Below are positions 28,557 to 38,418 of a stretch of 64,000 nt of DNA, piece after piece. Below the pieces are notes generated by a model. That model was not told the origin of the DNA and searched no databases. It saw only the letters and a program-made list of their open reading frames with translations. Each line of letters opens with the position of its first letter. Positions within the stretch are counted from its first letter, which is position 1. A program made the translations under genes and the position numbers. Source of the DNA: Truepera sp. (GTDB lineage: Bacteria > Deinococcota > Deinococci > Deinococcales > Trueperaceae). The stretch spans positions 832,001 through 896,000 of the forward strand of contig CBDCKW010000009.1 of assembly GCA_965218435.1 (NCBI GenBank), in the 5' to 3' direction.

Positions 28557-30398
28557 TTAGTGTGCGGCTTGGGCGGCGGGCGCGTTGGTCGTGCGGAGCT
28601 TGACTTCAGGGATAAAGAACGTCGTGATCCAGCCGAGGACGACTAAAATCGCAGCGTAAAAGTAGATGTTGGTAATCGCGTTGGAAAAGGCGTTTTTGAC
28701 GGTGCGGGTGACCTGCGTTACCGTTTCGTCAGCTTGCGTGTTGAGCTGGTTACGGATACCGCTAAGCGCCCGGTCTTGCGCCGCTTTGGGCGCTCTGGCG
28801 AGCCCCGGCAGCTCTTGCAGCCGCGCCTTAAATTCTTGCGGGAGCTGTGGGTTGGCAGTGAGCTGCGAAAGCGCCTGCGGGTCGCCGGTACGCACAACCT
28901 TTTGAATCAGCGCAAACTGCTGGTCAAACCCTGCCCGCACGGACGTGCCAATCGCCTCGAGGCCACCGTTAAGTTCGCTGCTCGCTCCTGCAGGTGGCGC
29001 GCCCGCGGCCGTTCCAGGCGTATTTGCAGAAAACGCCGTCGCCAACCCCGTCGCCAACACCGTTCCCATCAGCGCGGCCCCGACGGTACCGCCAATCTGC
29101 CGAAAGAACTGACTTGCCGAGGTTGCCTGCCCGAGTCTGCGAACGTCCACCGCATTTTGAATAGCGAGCGTATAGAGCGGAAATGACGGCCCGAGTCCGA
29201 GCCCGCAGATCACCATATAGATGGTGACGCGGCCATAGCTCACGTCGGCGCTCATGGTAGATAAAAGATACGCTCCAGCAAAAAGCAGCGCCCCGCCACC
29301 TAACATGAAGTACTTGTAGTGTCCCCAGCGCGAGACGAGCTGCCCGGCAACCGTCGAGCCCACCACGAGTCCGAGCGATAGCGGAATCAAGCTGACCCCG
29401 GCCCGCGTCGCCGAAACGCCGACGACGTTGACCATAAAGAGCGGCAAAAAGATCAAGATACTTAAAAATGCGCCGCCGATAAAAAAGAGTGCGATGTTCG
29501 AGGTGCTAAAAACTCGGTTCCTAAACAAGCTCATATCTAAAATCGGGTTGGCCGAGCGAAGTGAACGGAGGACAAAGAGCGTTAAAAAAACTACAGCTAC
29601 GACGAGTGAACCGAGCGTGACGAACTCGCTAAGGTTACCTGAGATGTCCGAAAACGCTGCCTGCGAAGGAAACCACGGGCATGAGGTTTTGTCAAGTTGT
29701 AAACCCAAAATGAGGGGTACCAGGCCCAAAATAAGAAACGCTGCAGACCCCAAATCGAGCCGGTCTTTATTACCTTGGGGCACAAGCGGCGGCATCCGGG
29801 TTGAAATAAACCAGAGCGCGATGATGCCAAAGGGCAAGTTGACGTAGAAAACCCAGCGCCAGCCTGCGATGCCGGGGATGATGTTGCTGCCGTAGTCGGT
29901 TAAAAAACCGCCGATTACCGGCCCCAGAACACTGGCGACGCCGAACGTCGCGCCGACAAGCCCCTGGTATTTACCGCGCACCGACGGCGGAAACAGGTCG
30001 GCGATAATAATAAACGCCATCGCAAAAAGTCCGGCCCCGCCGAGCCCCTGAATCGCGCGGAAGATGATGAGCTGGTTCATGCCGTCACCCAAGAGGGGCA
30101 ACGTCCCGAACTCACCGGCGAGTCCGCACAAAAACGACCCGATTAAAAAGGTTCCGACGGCCCAGAGCTCAATCGCTTTACGCGAGTAGGTATCGGCGAG
30201 TTTGCCGTAAATCGGGACCAGTACAGTCGAGGCGAGCAGGTACGCGGTGGCGACCCAGGCGTAGCGGCCCAAGCCGTTTAGGTCTTCGACGATACGGGGG
30301 AGCGCGGTCGAGACGATGGTCTGGTCGAGTGCGCCTAAAAACAGGGCCAGCATGATACCGGTCAGGGTCAGAATTTTATCGCGGTTAGATAGGGTCAC
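28557..30398 (-). CDS. MFS drug:H+ antiporter DHA2 (EmrB/QacA-type, 14 TM)
   Basis: LGALDQTIVSTALP, YGKLAD, FRAIQGLGG, WRWVFYVNLP. Confidence 0.95.
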   Translation of the reverse strand: MTLSNRDKILTLTGIMLALFLGALDQTIVSTALPRIVEDLNGLGRYAWVATAYLLASTVLVPIYGKLADTYSRKAIELWAVGTFLIGSFLCGLAGEFGTLPLLGDGMNQLIIFRAIQGLGGAGLFAMAFIIIADLFPPSVRGKYQGLVGATFGVASVLGPVIGGFLTDYGSNIIPGIAGWRWVFYVNLPFGIIALWFISTRMPPLVPQGNKDRLDLGSAAFLILGLVPLILGLQLDKTSCPWFPSQAAFSDISGNLSEFVTLGSLVVAVVFLTLFVLRSLRSANPILDMSLFRNRVFSTSNIALFFIGGAFLSILIFLPLFMVNVVGVSATRAGVSLIPLSLGLVVGSTVAGQLVSRWGHYKYFMLGGGALLFAGAYLLSTMSADVSYGRVTIYMVICGLGLGPSFPLYTLAIQNAVDVRRLGQATSASQFFRQIGGTVGAALMGTVLATGLATAFSANTPGTAAGAPPAGASSELNGGLEAIGTSVRAGFDQQFALIQKVVRTGDPQALSQLTANPQLPQEFKARLQELPGLARAPKAAQDRALSGIRNQLNTQADETVTQVTRTVKNAFSNAITNIYFYAAILVVLGWITTFFIPEVKLRTTNAPAAQAAH

Positions 30399-30474
30399 GG
30401 GTGCTCCTTGACGGCAGGTCTTAAAAGGCTTAAGTCGGGTTCTAAACAGTCAGGTGGTGCAGAGAAACAAGCGT

Positions 30475-30915
30475 CTAAACAGCTGCTTCGGGTTGCGTCA
30501 GGCGCTCGAGCCCCTCTAGCAGTGTAGCTAGCATACCGGGCTCGAGCACGCTCAGCATTTCGGCCACGTAGTCGTCTAAGAGTGCTGACGCCTCTTTAGA
30601 GACCGCTTTACCTTTGGCCGTAAGGCTTAGGACGCGCCGCCGCGCGTCGCCCTCCCCGACGCGGCGGGTAATGAGGCGGCGTTTCTCGAGTACGTCGAGC
30701 TTGCGGCTGATGGCGTGGGGCGGCAGCCGCATCTGCGCGGCAATTTCCGAAGGGCTGAGGGTGCTCTTAGCGATATACTCCAGTAAAAAAACTTCCGGGA
30801 CCTCCAAACCAAGCTGCTCACGCAGTTTTGGTGAAACTTGCTCAACAAACACTTGGCGCAAGTTCCAAAACCCGTGCATAAACCGAGTTGTTGAGGCCGT
30901 GGAAACTACTTGCAC
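30475..30915 (-). CDS. MarR-family regulator
   Basis: SPSEIA, ISRKLDVLEKRRLI, DARRRVLSLT. Confidence 0.92.
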   Translation of the reverse strand: MQVVSTASTTRFMHGFWNLRQVFVEQVSPKLREQLGLEVPEVFLLEYIAKSTLSPSEIAAQMRLPPHAISRKLDVLEKRRLITRRVGEGDARRRVLSLTAKGKAVSKEASALLDDYVAEMLSVLEPGMLATLLEGLERLTQPEAAV

Positions 30916-31062
30916 AGTGCAAATACTACACCTCGCAAGTTTAGGTCATGTTGCGTAGCTTGCATGACGCCCTTACAAACCGGCTTGAACGCAGCGCCGT
31001 AAAAAACCGGCTGAACAACCAACCCACCAAGCTTTTAAGTTTCGGTCAAGTTAAGTTCCTCA

Positions 31063-31186
31063 CACGGCCCTTAAGTCAGAACGGAGACGGACACAACTAT
31101 GCGCACCATACACCATACGGCGTATAAACAAGCCCGGTCAGGGTGAATTCAGGTCTTTCCCGCTGCTTGCGGGGTGGACAGCCGTG
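31063..31186 (+). ncRNA. Candidate structured ncRNA (6S-like rod with central bubble)
   Basis: ORF-free intergenic region. Closing CACGGC/GCCGTG plus nested hand-paired helices. TAAGTT -10 at 31052. Confidence 0.35.
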
Positions 31187-31284
31187 CTTGTAGACAACAG
31201 TGCTCGTGGAACAGTGCTTTAGCCCTCTAAAAGGTGTAGGCCAAACTGAAGGTGCCGGGGAAGATTAAAAGGTAGATTACTCCT

Positions 31285-31953
31285 ATGCTCGAGCTTTGGC
31301 TGATTCGTCACGGAGAAACCGATTGGAACGCTGAAAGGCGGATTCAGGGGCAGCAGCACAACCCCCTGAGTGAGCTGGGCGTGCGTCAGGCGCGGCGCTT
31401 GGGGCGGCGCTTAGCAGGAGAACGGTTTGATGAGATTTACTGCTCCGACCTTAAACGGACAGTCCAAACTGCCGAGCTTGCGTTTCCTGGTTGTACGTTT
31501 ACTTTCGACAAACGGTTGCGGGAGATTTCGCGGGGAGTGCTCGAGAGCCGCCTCGGAACCGAACTGGTCGGTGAACAGCGGGACGTGTACGCGGCGATGC
31601 GGCGCGACCTCTTTAATGTTCGGCCACCCGGCGGCGAAAATTACCGCGACCTAGCTGCCAGGGCGGTGCCGTGGTTGGAAAGTCTGCCCGAGTCGGGTAA
31701 AGTTGCTGCGGTCACGCACGGCGGCGTTATCTTTGCACTACTGCACCACATCGTCGGGGTTGAAGGGGCGGCGAACTTGCGCTTTTCAGCGGATAATACG
31801 GGGATTACCAAACTCAGGTCAAAAGGAAACGGAGTCCGGCTCGTTACCGTCAACGACACGGCGCACCTCGAGGCTTGGGCTGAAGCTGTGTTTGAATCCG
31901 GGCCTAAAGCTGAGTCTGAACTCGAAGCTCAGCCTGAGCTGAGCGCAACTTAA
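31285..31953 (+). CDS. Histidine phosphatase family protein
   Basis: LIRHGETDWN, SDLKR, LREI, GENY, VTHGG, NDTAHL. Confidence 0.94.
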   Translation: MLELWLIRHGETDWNAERRIQGQQHNPLSELGVRQARRLGRRLAGERFDEIYCSDLKRTVQTAELAFPGCTFTFDKRLREISRGVLESRLGTELVGEQRDVYAAMRRDLFNVRPPGGENYRDLAARAVPWLESLPESGKVAAVTHGGVIFALLHHIVGVEGAANLRFSADNTGITKLRSKGNGVRLVTVNDTAHLEAWAEAVFESGPKAESELEAQPELSAT

Positions 31954-32105
31954 GCGGGGCTTAACCCAAGCCGGTTACGCTACTTCCGAGCGTACGGCAT
32001 ACTGGTAAAAGGCCGTGTGGCTTGACGACGAGACGACAACAGGCAACGACGGTAACGAGGGTGGGGTTGGGTTTTGCTAAAGACAAACGCATTTGAGGGT
32101 GCACC

Positions 32106-32699
32106 GTGTTAGAGCTGTGGCTTATCTGTCACGGCGAAACACCTTGGAACAGCGAAGGGCGCGCGCTCGGACAGGGCGACCCGCCGCTCTCTGAGTTTGG
32201 GATTCAGCAGGCTGAAAGGCTGGCGCAGCGACTCGCTAATGTTCCCTTTAACGAGGTCTACGCGTCTGATCTGACGCGGGCGCGTTACACCGCGCGGCTG
32301 GCACTACCGGCTGCTGAGGTGCGGCTCGAGCCACGCCTCCGCGAGGTTGACTTTGGGTCGTGGGAGGGGCAGCACTGGGACCACTTGACCGGAGACGACG
32401 CCCACGCGCTTCAAAGCTGGCGTAAAGACCCGTACCGCACGCGCGCCCCGGGCGGTGAGTCTTATGAAGACGTGCTGCTGCGGACCTCGGCGTGGCTGGC
32501 TGAGTTACCCCTGTCCGGGCGGGTTGCCGCCTTTACGCACGGTGGCGCGATTCGTTCACTGCTTTACAGCTTTACCGGTTTGCCCGAACGGGCCGCGTGG
32601 CGTTTTGCTGTTCAAACAGGCAGTCTGACCCGTGTGGCGCTAGGAAACCAAGGCGCAGTATTGCAAGCCGTCAACGACACAGCGCATCTAGGATTTTAG
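32106..32699 (+). CDS. Histidine phosphatase family paralog with CHG instead of RHG
   Basis: LICHGETPWN, SDLTRA, LREVDFGSWEG, FTHGG, NDTAHL. Confidence 0.9.
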   Translation: MLELWLICHGETPWNSEGRALGQGDPPLSEFGIQQAERLAQRLANVPFNEVYASDLTRARYTARLALPAAEVRLEPRLREVDFGSWEGQHWDHLTGDDAHALQSWRKDPYRTRAPGGESYEDVLLRTSAWLAELPLSGRVAAFTHGGAIRSLLYSFTGLPERAAWRFAVQTGSLTRVALGNQGAVLQAVNDTAHLGF

Positions 32700-32988
32700 A
32701 GAACGTTTTGGAACAGGTTTTGTTGCGGTAGACTACCCGGAAAAAGTAAGCATCTAAAAGTTGGTTGCGTGTAAAAGAAACGTACCTCGGAGACAAGTAT
32801 TAGTCCAGTCTTTAACTACTCAAACGCTAAGGAAGCGTTTGCAAAAAGTGCGGCTTGCCTGAGAAAGACGATTTTTACCCTGATTTGATCGCTACAGATT
32901 TCAGTGGCCACCATAAAAACTCAAATGCAGCCACTTTTGCCACCACTGAAATCTGCCTCAGCGTTCGTCAAGCTCAGTTAAAGTGTCT

Positions 32989-33348
32989 CTAAATACTACC
33001 CAGCAGCCGGAGTGCTGCGCGTTTGCCGCCTAGTGTGAGGTGCTCGAGCCTCCCGAAACCGGGTAAACTCAGCGATTTGCCCTCTGCACCGCGGCCCAGA
33101 GTCAGCAACAACCCTTTTTCGTCATATACCTCTACAGTCAGCCCTTGCGCCGCTAAAATGCCGGGTGCGTCACGAAAGTCCGGCTCTCGCCCGTCCATCG
33201 TCGTAATATTGGGCAAACTGACCGTGCGCAGCGCACGCAGGATGCGAATCGTGCTGAGCGTGAGCCTAAGCGTCTGTCCAGCACCTGTCAGCGTGGCGGG
33301 TTGACCGTCAATCTCGAGCTCTAGGTCAGCGTCTATAGAGAGCGCCAC
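32989..33348 (-). CDS. Hypothetical protein
   Basis: Clean 119-aa ORF starting 5 nt downstream of the 33354 ORF. Confidence 0.75.
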   Translation of the reverse strand: MALSIDADLELEIDGQPATLTGAGQTLRLTLSTIRILRALRTVSLPNITTMDGREPDFRDAPGILAAQGLTVEVYDEKGLLLTLGRGAEGKSLSLPGFGRLEHLTLGGKRAALRLLGSI

Positions 33349-33353
33349 AGCGC

Positions 33354-33593
33354 TTAGCTCGGCCGGGTCGGGCTACCCGGTTCGTCGGTCGTAATACGCA
33401 ACTTGCCGCTAAGTTTCCAGGTGGCTCTAGGAGCGTCTGCCCCGGTATCACGCGGCACCTCGACCACCATATTTTCAAACTCATAGTTGATGGCCGCGCC
33501 GCGCCCGGTTAAACGCTCGTAGAGCGCCATCCCGAGGTCTACAAACGATACTTTGCCGTTTTCAACGACGTTGCTGCTTTCGCTGTCCGCCAT
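33354..33593 (-). CDS. Conserved-looking small hypothetical protein (79 aa)
   Basis: GAGGAG RBS; LYERLTGRGAAINYEF...WKLSGKLRITT. Confidence 0.75.
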   Translation of the reverse strand: MADSESSNVVENGKVSFVDLGMALYERLTGRGAAINYEFENMVVEVPRDTGADAPRATWKLSGKLRITTDEPGSPTRPS

Positions 33594-33662
33594 GATTCTC
33601 CTCTTCTCCACTACCCTTAAAGCTATCTTAGAGAAGCGCGTCTCCAACGACCGTAAGCCTGC

Positions 33663-34547
33663 TTAAACTCCCTTACCTGCGGATGAAGGTGAAACCGGTG
33701 TTGTGCGCCGCATGACCCTCGCCGCTGCCAAAAAGCCCACGACGGTTTTTGCTAAAATATCGGCAAAGACGATTTCACCCATGGTTGCGACGCTCAGAGT
33801 TCCGGCAAACGCGATGACCGTAAAGGTCACCGAGTCGAGCGGGATACTAAACGCGTTCGAGGTGAGGACGCGGGTCAGCCAGCGGCGCTGCATCAGCCGA
33901 CCGTAGACCTCGGTATCGGCAGTTTCGGCAACCAAAATCGCCAAAAATCCGGCGAGCAAAAACCTCAGTGGGATACCCAAGTACGCTGAGAGGGCGAGGT
34001 TGGCGAGCGCGGCGACCGCGATCATCTGATAGGCGCGGTTTTTACCGAAGCCGTGAACGCGGTCCCGCTGTGTAAAGGTCACGCCGAAAAAGAGTGTTCC
34101 GACCGAGAGCTGACCGTAGACCGGCAGCGCCAAAAATGAATCGAAGGTAAAGTTCGCTAATAGCGTACAGATGATGTAAACGCTCATCGCCGCGAGCATC
34201 GGAGCGTAGGGGCCGAACACACGGTAAGCCTCGCCTGCGAAAATAGCGACCAGCGGCGCGACCACGAAAACAAAAGGGATAACGCTCAGCCAGCTGATCA
34301 GCCAAGCTAATAGTAAATTGAGAACGAGCGCAGCGCCTAGTATGAGCGGTTTTGCCTTGGGTGACAACCGCTGCGATAACCGGTAGGTTCCGCCGACAAA
34401 AAGAAAGCCGACTAAAATCAGCACGATAAGCGGAAGCGTCTGCGCCCATGCGACCCCTTGCGAGGTACGTGCGACCCAGAGCAGCGCCCAGCACACGAAC
34501 TGCGGCAGGGTAGACCAGAGGAGATAAGAGGTGCGGGTCAAAGACAT
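33663..34547 (-). CDS. VUT/YhhQ-family (queuosine precursor) transporter with N-terminal TM extension
   Basis: LLANFT, GTLFFGVTFTQRDRVH, AETADTEVY, RVLTSNAFSIPLDS. AGGAG RBS. Confidence 0.85.
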   Translation of the reverse strand: MSLTRTSYLLWSTLPQFVCWALLWVARTSQGVAWAQTLPLIVLILVGFLFVGGTYRLSQRLSPKAKPLILGAALVLNLLLAWLISWLSVIPFVFVVAPLVAIFAGEAYRVFGPYAPMLAAMSVYIICTLLANFTFDSFLALPVYGQLSVGTLFFGVTFTQRDRVHGFGKNRAYQMIAVAALANLALSAYLGIPLRFLLAGFLAILVAETADTEVYGRLMQRRWLTRVLTSNAFSIPLDSVTFTVIAFAGTLSVATMGEIVFADILAKTVVGFLAAARVMRRTTPVSPSSAGKGV

Positions 34548-34728
34548 AAAAGCTCCTGAGAGCGGTGATGTCACCTCCCGCTTAGTTTATAGCTTAGGGT
34601 TGACGGCTTTGAGACTGGGCTTTTCCCGCTCTGCTGCCTACTCCGGCAGGTAGCCTGCCGGAGCTTTTGAAAGCTAGTCTAGCATCTCAGAGCTCACTCA
34701 GCTAGACGCGGCGAGGTAGGCTGGCGTC

Positions 34729-35130
34729 ATGACATCAAAGGTAGAGTTAAATACGGTGCCGGATACGCTGATGGAGGCGCTCGGCATTGAGGTTACGCTG
34801 GCGACCCCGGAACGTGTCGAGGCGACGATGGCGGTTTCCGGGCGGGTTCAGCAGCCCTACGGGATTTTGCACGGCGGCGCGTCGGTGGCGCTCGCGGAGA
34901 CGGTCGCGTCGGTGGGTGGGTCGGTCAGTGTTGCAGCGGGGCAGCGGGTAGTGGGGCTCGAGATCAACGCCAACCATTTACGTGCTAAAAAAGAAGGCGT
35001 CGTTACAGCAGTCGGCATACCGCTCCATCAGGGCCGCACGACCCAACTCTGGAGTATCGAGATCAGAGACGAAGCGGGCAAGCTCGTCTGTATGTCCCGC
35101 TGTACGCTGGCGGTGCTGCCCGCTTCTTAG
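34729..35130 (+). CDS. PaaI/hotdog thioesterase (MenI-like)
   Basis: QPYGILHGGASVALAET, VGLEINANHL. Confidence 0.93.
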   Translation: MTSKVELNTVPDTLMEALGIEVTLATPERVEATMAVSGRVQQPYGILHGGASVALAETVASVGGSVSVAAGQRVVGLEINANHLRAKKEGVVTAVGIPLHQGRTTQLWSIEIRDEAGKLVCMSRCTLAVLPAS

Positions 35131-35168
35131 CGAATTACCGGATAAATTGGGAGCAAACTTAAGGTAGA
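35131..35168 (+). repeat. Tn3-family-like terminal IR, copy 1 (degenerate)
   Basis: CGAATTACCGGATAAATTGGGAGCAAACTTAAGGTAGA; shares a long core with the copies at 37073 and 39680. Confidence 0.7.
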
Positions 35169-35460
35169 GATTCAGGTTACCAGCTTAGGTGCTTCTGACC
35201 CAGCACAGGCACAAGCAGCTGCGTCGGAAACAACGGTTCAAACCGCTGCTGTCCCTGTAGACTTGGCCGGAGGCACTAAAAAAGGTTCGAGATAGGCTTG
35301 AACCCTACCTCGGACTGTACTAGAGGGTTTGGTCCAAAAAGCCCCCATCCGCTGAGCTGCAAGCACTACCAAACTGGACTTTTTAGGGCAAACCGCTTTG
35401 TCTGTACTGCTATTGACAACAAATGTTGTCAATAAACTACTATTAGTCGGTGGGGATCGG

Positions 35461-36039
35461 TTAACCCAACGTCACGGCTGCCATACGCAGGTCGTCCAGA
35501 GCAGTTAGTGCATGGTATGCGAGCCCCACGTTGTCATCACGGTCGCCTTCAGACCACTGAGCGTAGCCCCGCTTGAACGCGAGGACACCCAGCTCGCCCG
35601 CGAGGTGCGCGGTGGGATCGGGGACACCACGGGCGACGAGCGCGGCTGTCATGGCGGCCGCGAGACCGACACTCTTGAGGGCGTCGCGCTCCTGGAGTTC
35701 GGTGCTGGCCGCCACAGCCGCTTTGAGGCGGGGGCCAAGCTCGCGGTTCGCCGGTCTCATTGCGCTCGAGGCCCGCTCGAGACCGGCAGCAACCGCCTCG
35801 AGCGGGCTGGCGCTCGCAGGTGCCTCGGAGATTCCGTCCGCGAGCAGCTTGCTCAAGGTCTCTTGGCCCGCGACCAAGAGCTCACGCTTGTCGGGAAAGT
35901 GTCGAAAGAAAGTGCTTTTGGTAACCCCGGCGCGCTCGGCAATTTGCGTCACCGTAGTGGCGTCGTACCCCTGCTCGGTAAACAGGTCGACGGCCGCAAT
36001 AACGAGTCGTTGGGTTGCCCCCGGTTGCCATCGAGCCAT
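35461..36039 (-). CDS. TetR-family regulator
   Basis: AAVDLFTEQGYDATTVTQIAERAGVTKSTFFRHFPDKRELL. Confidence 0.95.
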   Translation of the reverse strand: MARWQPGATQRLVIAAVDLFTEQGYDATTVTQIAERAGVTKSTFFRHFPDKRELLVAGQETLSKLLADGISEAPASASPLEAVAAGLERASSAMRPANRELGPRLKAAVAASTELQERDALKSVGLAAAMTAALVARGVPDPTAHLAGELGVLAFKRGYAQWSEGDRDDNVGLAYHALTALDDLRMAAVTLG

Positions 36040-36055
36040 GAGACCATTGTAAGGT

Positions 36056-36118
36056 GATGGGACACATGTCCCGTGCATATGTACTACAGTGATTGGGAGA
36101 TGGGACAATCGTCCCATC
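36056..36118. promoter_or_regulatory. Two TetR-type operators
   Basis: GATGGGACACATGTCCCGT (36056) and GATGGGACAATCGTCCCATC (36099). Confidence 0.75.
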
Positions 36119-36136
36119 ACTTTTCAGGAGGAACTT

Positions 36137-37018
36137 ATGCATATCTTTGTTACTGGCGGTACCGGCACTATCGGCTCGGCCGTCGTCGCCGAACTGCTCG
36201 CCAACGGCCACACCGTTCTCGCGCTGGCCCGCTCGGACAGCTCTGAACAGACTCTCAAGGGTGTTGGTGCCGAGGTGCTACGAGGGGGGCTGGCCGACCT
36301 CGACGTCCTGCGGGCCGGGGCCGCGCAGTCCGATGGCGTGATCAGTCTGGCGTTCGGACGCGACTACAGCAGCCCGGACGCGCTCGCGGCAGCTATCACC
36401 GAGGAGAGCGCCGCTCTCGCCGCTCTGGGGGAGGAACTCATCGGCAGCGACCGCCCAATCGTCGCGGTCTCCGGAACACCTTGAGTGGCGGGCCGCGCCT
36501 CCACCGAGGCCGATCCGGTGCCGACCGACGGACCGGTGGGCGCTCGGGGCCGTTCGCAGATGGCGCTGCTGGAGCTGGCTTCGCGCGGTGTGTGCGCCAC
36601 GGCTGTCCGTATGCCGCGCACGGTCCACCACCAGGGCAAGGGCGGATTCGCCGGCCTGTTGACCGATCAAGCGCGCCGCAGCGGGGTATCCGGCTACCCG
36701 GGCGACGGCACCCAGCGCTGGCCGGCCGTGCACGCCCTCGACGCAGCCGTCTTGTTCCGGCTCGCCCTCGAATCGGCCCCAGCCGGGACAGCCTGGCACG
36801 CCGTCGCCGACGAGGGCGACGCGGTACGCGACATTGCGACAGTCATTGGCCGGCGGCTGAGTCTTCCGGTCGAGGCGGTGCCAGAGGAGAACTTCGGCCC
36901 GTTCGGACCTATCTTCGCGATGGACCAGCCGGCCTCCAGCACCTACACCCGCGAAGCCCTCGGGTGGCAGCCAACGCACCCTAGTCTCCTCGACGACCTG
37001 GAGAACATTCAGCCCTGA
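36137..37018 (+). pseudogene. NAD-dependent epimerase/SDR oxidoreductase with in-frame TGA
   Basis: MHIFVTGGTGTIG. TGA at 36482-36484, after which the same frame continues to RWPAVHALDAA...LGWQPTHP. Confidence 0.88.
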
Positions 37019-37072
37019 GCGGATTCGGCAGAACAGGCCACGAGTAACGCACTGATCTCTGCCGCGTAAGTG

Positions 37073-37110
37073 TGAGTCACCGGATAAATTGGGAGCAAAC
37101 CTACGCTAAG
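37073..37110 (+). repeat. Tn3-family-like 38-bp terminal IR, copy 2
   Basis: TGAGTCACCGGATAAATTGGGAGCAAACCTACGCTAAG, with the typical ACGCTAAG inner end. Confidence 0.8.
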
Positions 37111-37476
37111 AGGTATAGCAACCAACCCAACGAAAATCAGCGACGCTCATAGCTAACGAGGTTAGAGAAGGTCAGCCGTGAAGCTGCTGAACTGACCCTA
37201 TAGACTCGGACGATGCCCCTAACTGGTTCGACCAATTCCCGGCACCGTGGGGGCAGCTCGAGCACTAAGCACTCAAAAACTGCTTCTAAAAGCAAAGTTA
37301 AATGTGAATGTCGCCAATCAGAAAGAGTGTGTTTCATTCGCGTCTAGTTGAAGGAACGGTCAGAAGGACGCGCCCTCGCAGCACGATTTCACCCGCCCTG
37401 TCTTGAACAAAGGCGACATTCTATCCCTGCCCGGACAGCCGACGCGCTGCACCGTCCACTTGTGCCAAAGTGAGAC

Positions 37477-38292
37477 GTGCCTTACCTCGAGTTCCAGCCT
37501 GACGCCCGCCTGAGTCAGCTGGTGCGGGTCTACTGGCAGATGGACGAGTACCGCGATATCGGTCAGGAAGAACACCGCTTCATGCCGGAACGTTTAGTGC
37601 AACTGACCTTCTACGCCGGGTCAACCTGGCGCGGTTCGCTGTTGGGGGGCGACTTAGAGCTGATGCCGAGCGCGTCGCTGAGAGGGCTGACGCTGACGCC
37701 TCAGCGGGCGGTGTCTCTCGGCTCCACCAAGGCGCTGGGCGTGGAATTGTATCCCTGGGCGGCGCGGCAACTGTTTGGCTGGGACTCCACTATGTTTACC
37801 CTGGATTTGAGCTTGAAGCATCCGCTGCTGACCCGCGCTATCAGCGCCTTGCTGCGGCTGGACGCCTGCGACGAGGCGCGGCAACTCGTAGAAAACTGGC
37901 TACTGGGATTGCTCTCAGAGCGTGGACAGGAGCTGAAGGCAGGCGCTGGGGCCGCCCTGGAACTTTACGAAAGTCTGGGTCAGGCTCGGATTGGCACTTT
38001 GGCTGAAGGACTAAATTTGAGTTCCCGGCAACTGGAGCGGCAATTCGTGGCGGAAGTCGGGGTAAATGCCAAAACCTTGGCGCGCCTGATTCGCTTTGAG
38101 GAAGTCCGCAACCGCCTGTGGCTTGATCCGAAGGTTTCGCTGGCCCAGCTCGCCTACGAACTCGGCTTTGCCGACCAAGCGCACCTAACGCGGGAATTTA
38201 GGGCCATGACCTTCATGACGCCGCGCAGTTTCGGGCAGTTTGTGCAGCTAGATACCAGCCGCACGCCCACCCAGAATAGTGACGCAGGCTGA
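37477..38292 (+). CDS. AraC-family regulator
   Basis: [12 protein letters not shown]...[24 protein letters not shown]. Confidence 0.93.
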   Translation: MPYLEFQPDARLSQLVRVYWQMDEYRDIGQEEHRFMPERLVQLTFYAGSTWRGSLLGGDLELMPSASLRGLTLTPQRAVSLGSTKALGVELYPWAARQLFGWDSTMFTLDLSLKHPLLTRAISALLRLDACDEARQLVENWLLGLLSERGQELKAGAGAALELYESLGQARIGTLAEGLNLSSRQLERQFVAEVGVNAKTLARLIRFEEVRNRLWLDPKVSLAQLAYELGFADQAHLTREFRAMTFMTPRSFGQFVQLDTSRTPTQNSDAG

Positions 38293-38418
38293 GGTCAGGC
38301 AACTTGACGAGTCACGCGCTGTATCGACCGGTTCACCGGAGGCTGAGCGCCCGAACTCCTGAACGTGGTGTCGCTTTTCTTCAAGACTCGCTGTTGTCCC
38401 CGCGCGTAGCCTGAAGGC

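Noticed and set aside
31190..31284. Cobalamin riboswitch before the CobC-like phosphatases
   Set aside because: No B12-box or GCCACTG/GGGAAG elements, and the gene appears leaderless (TAGATT-6 nt-ATG).
37111..37340. 66-aa ORF inside IR2 as a Tn3 transposase remnant
   Set aside because: I could not recognise any transposase motif in it, so it is left unassigned.
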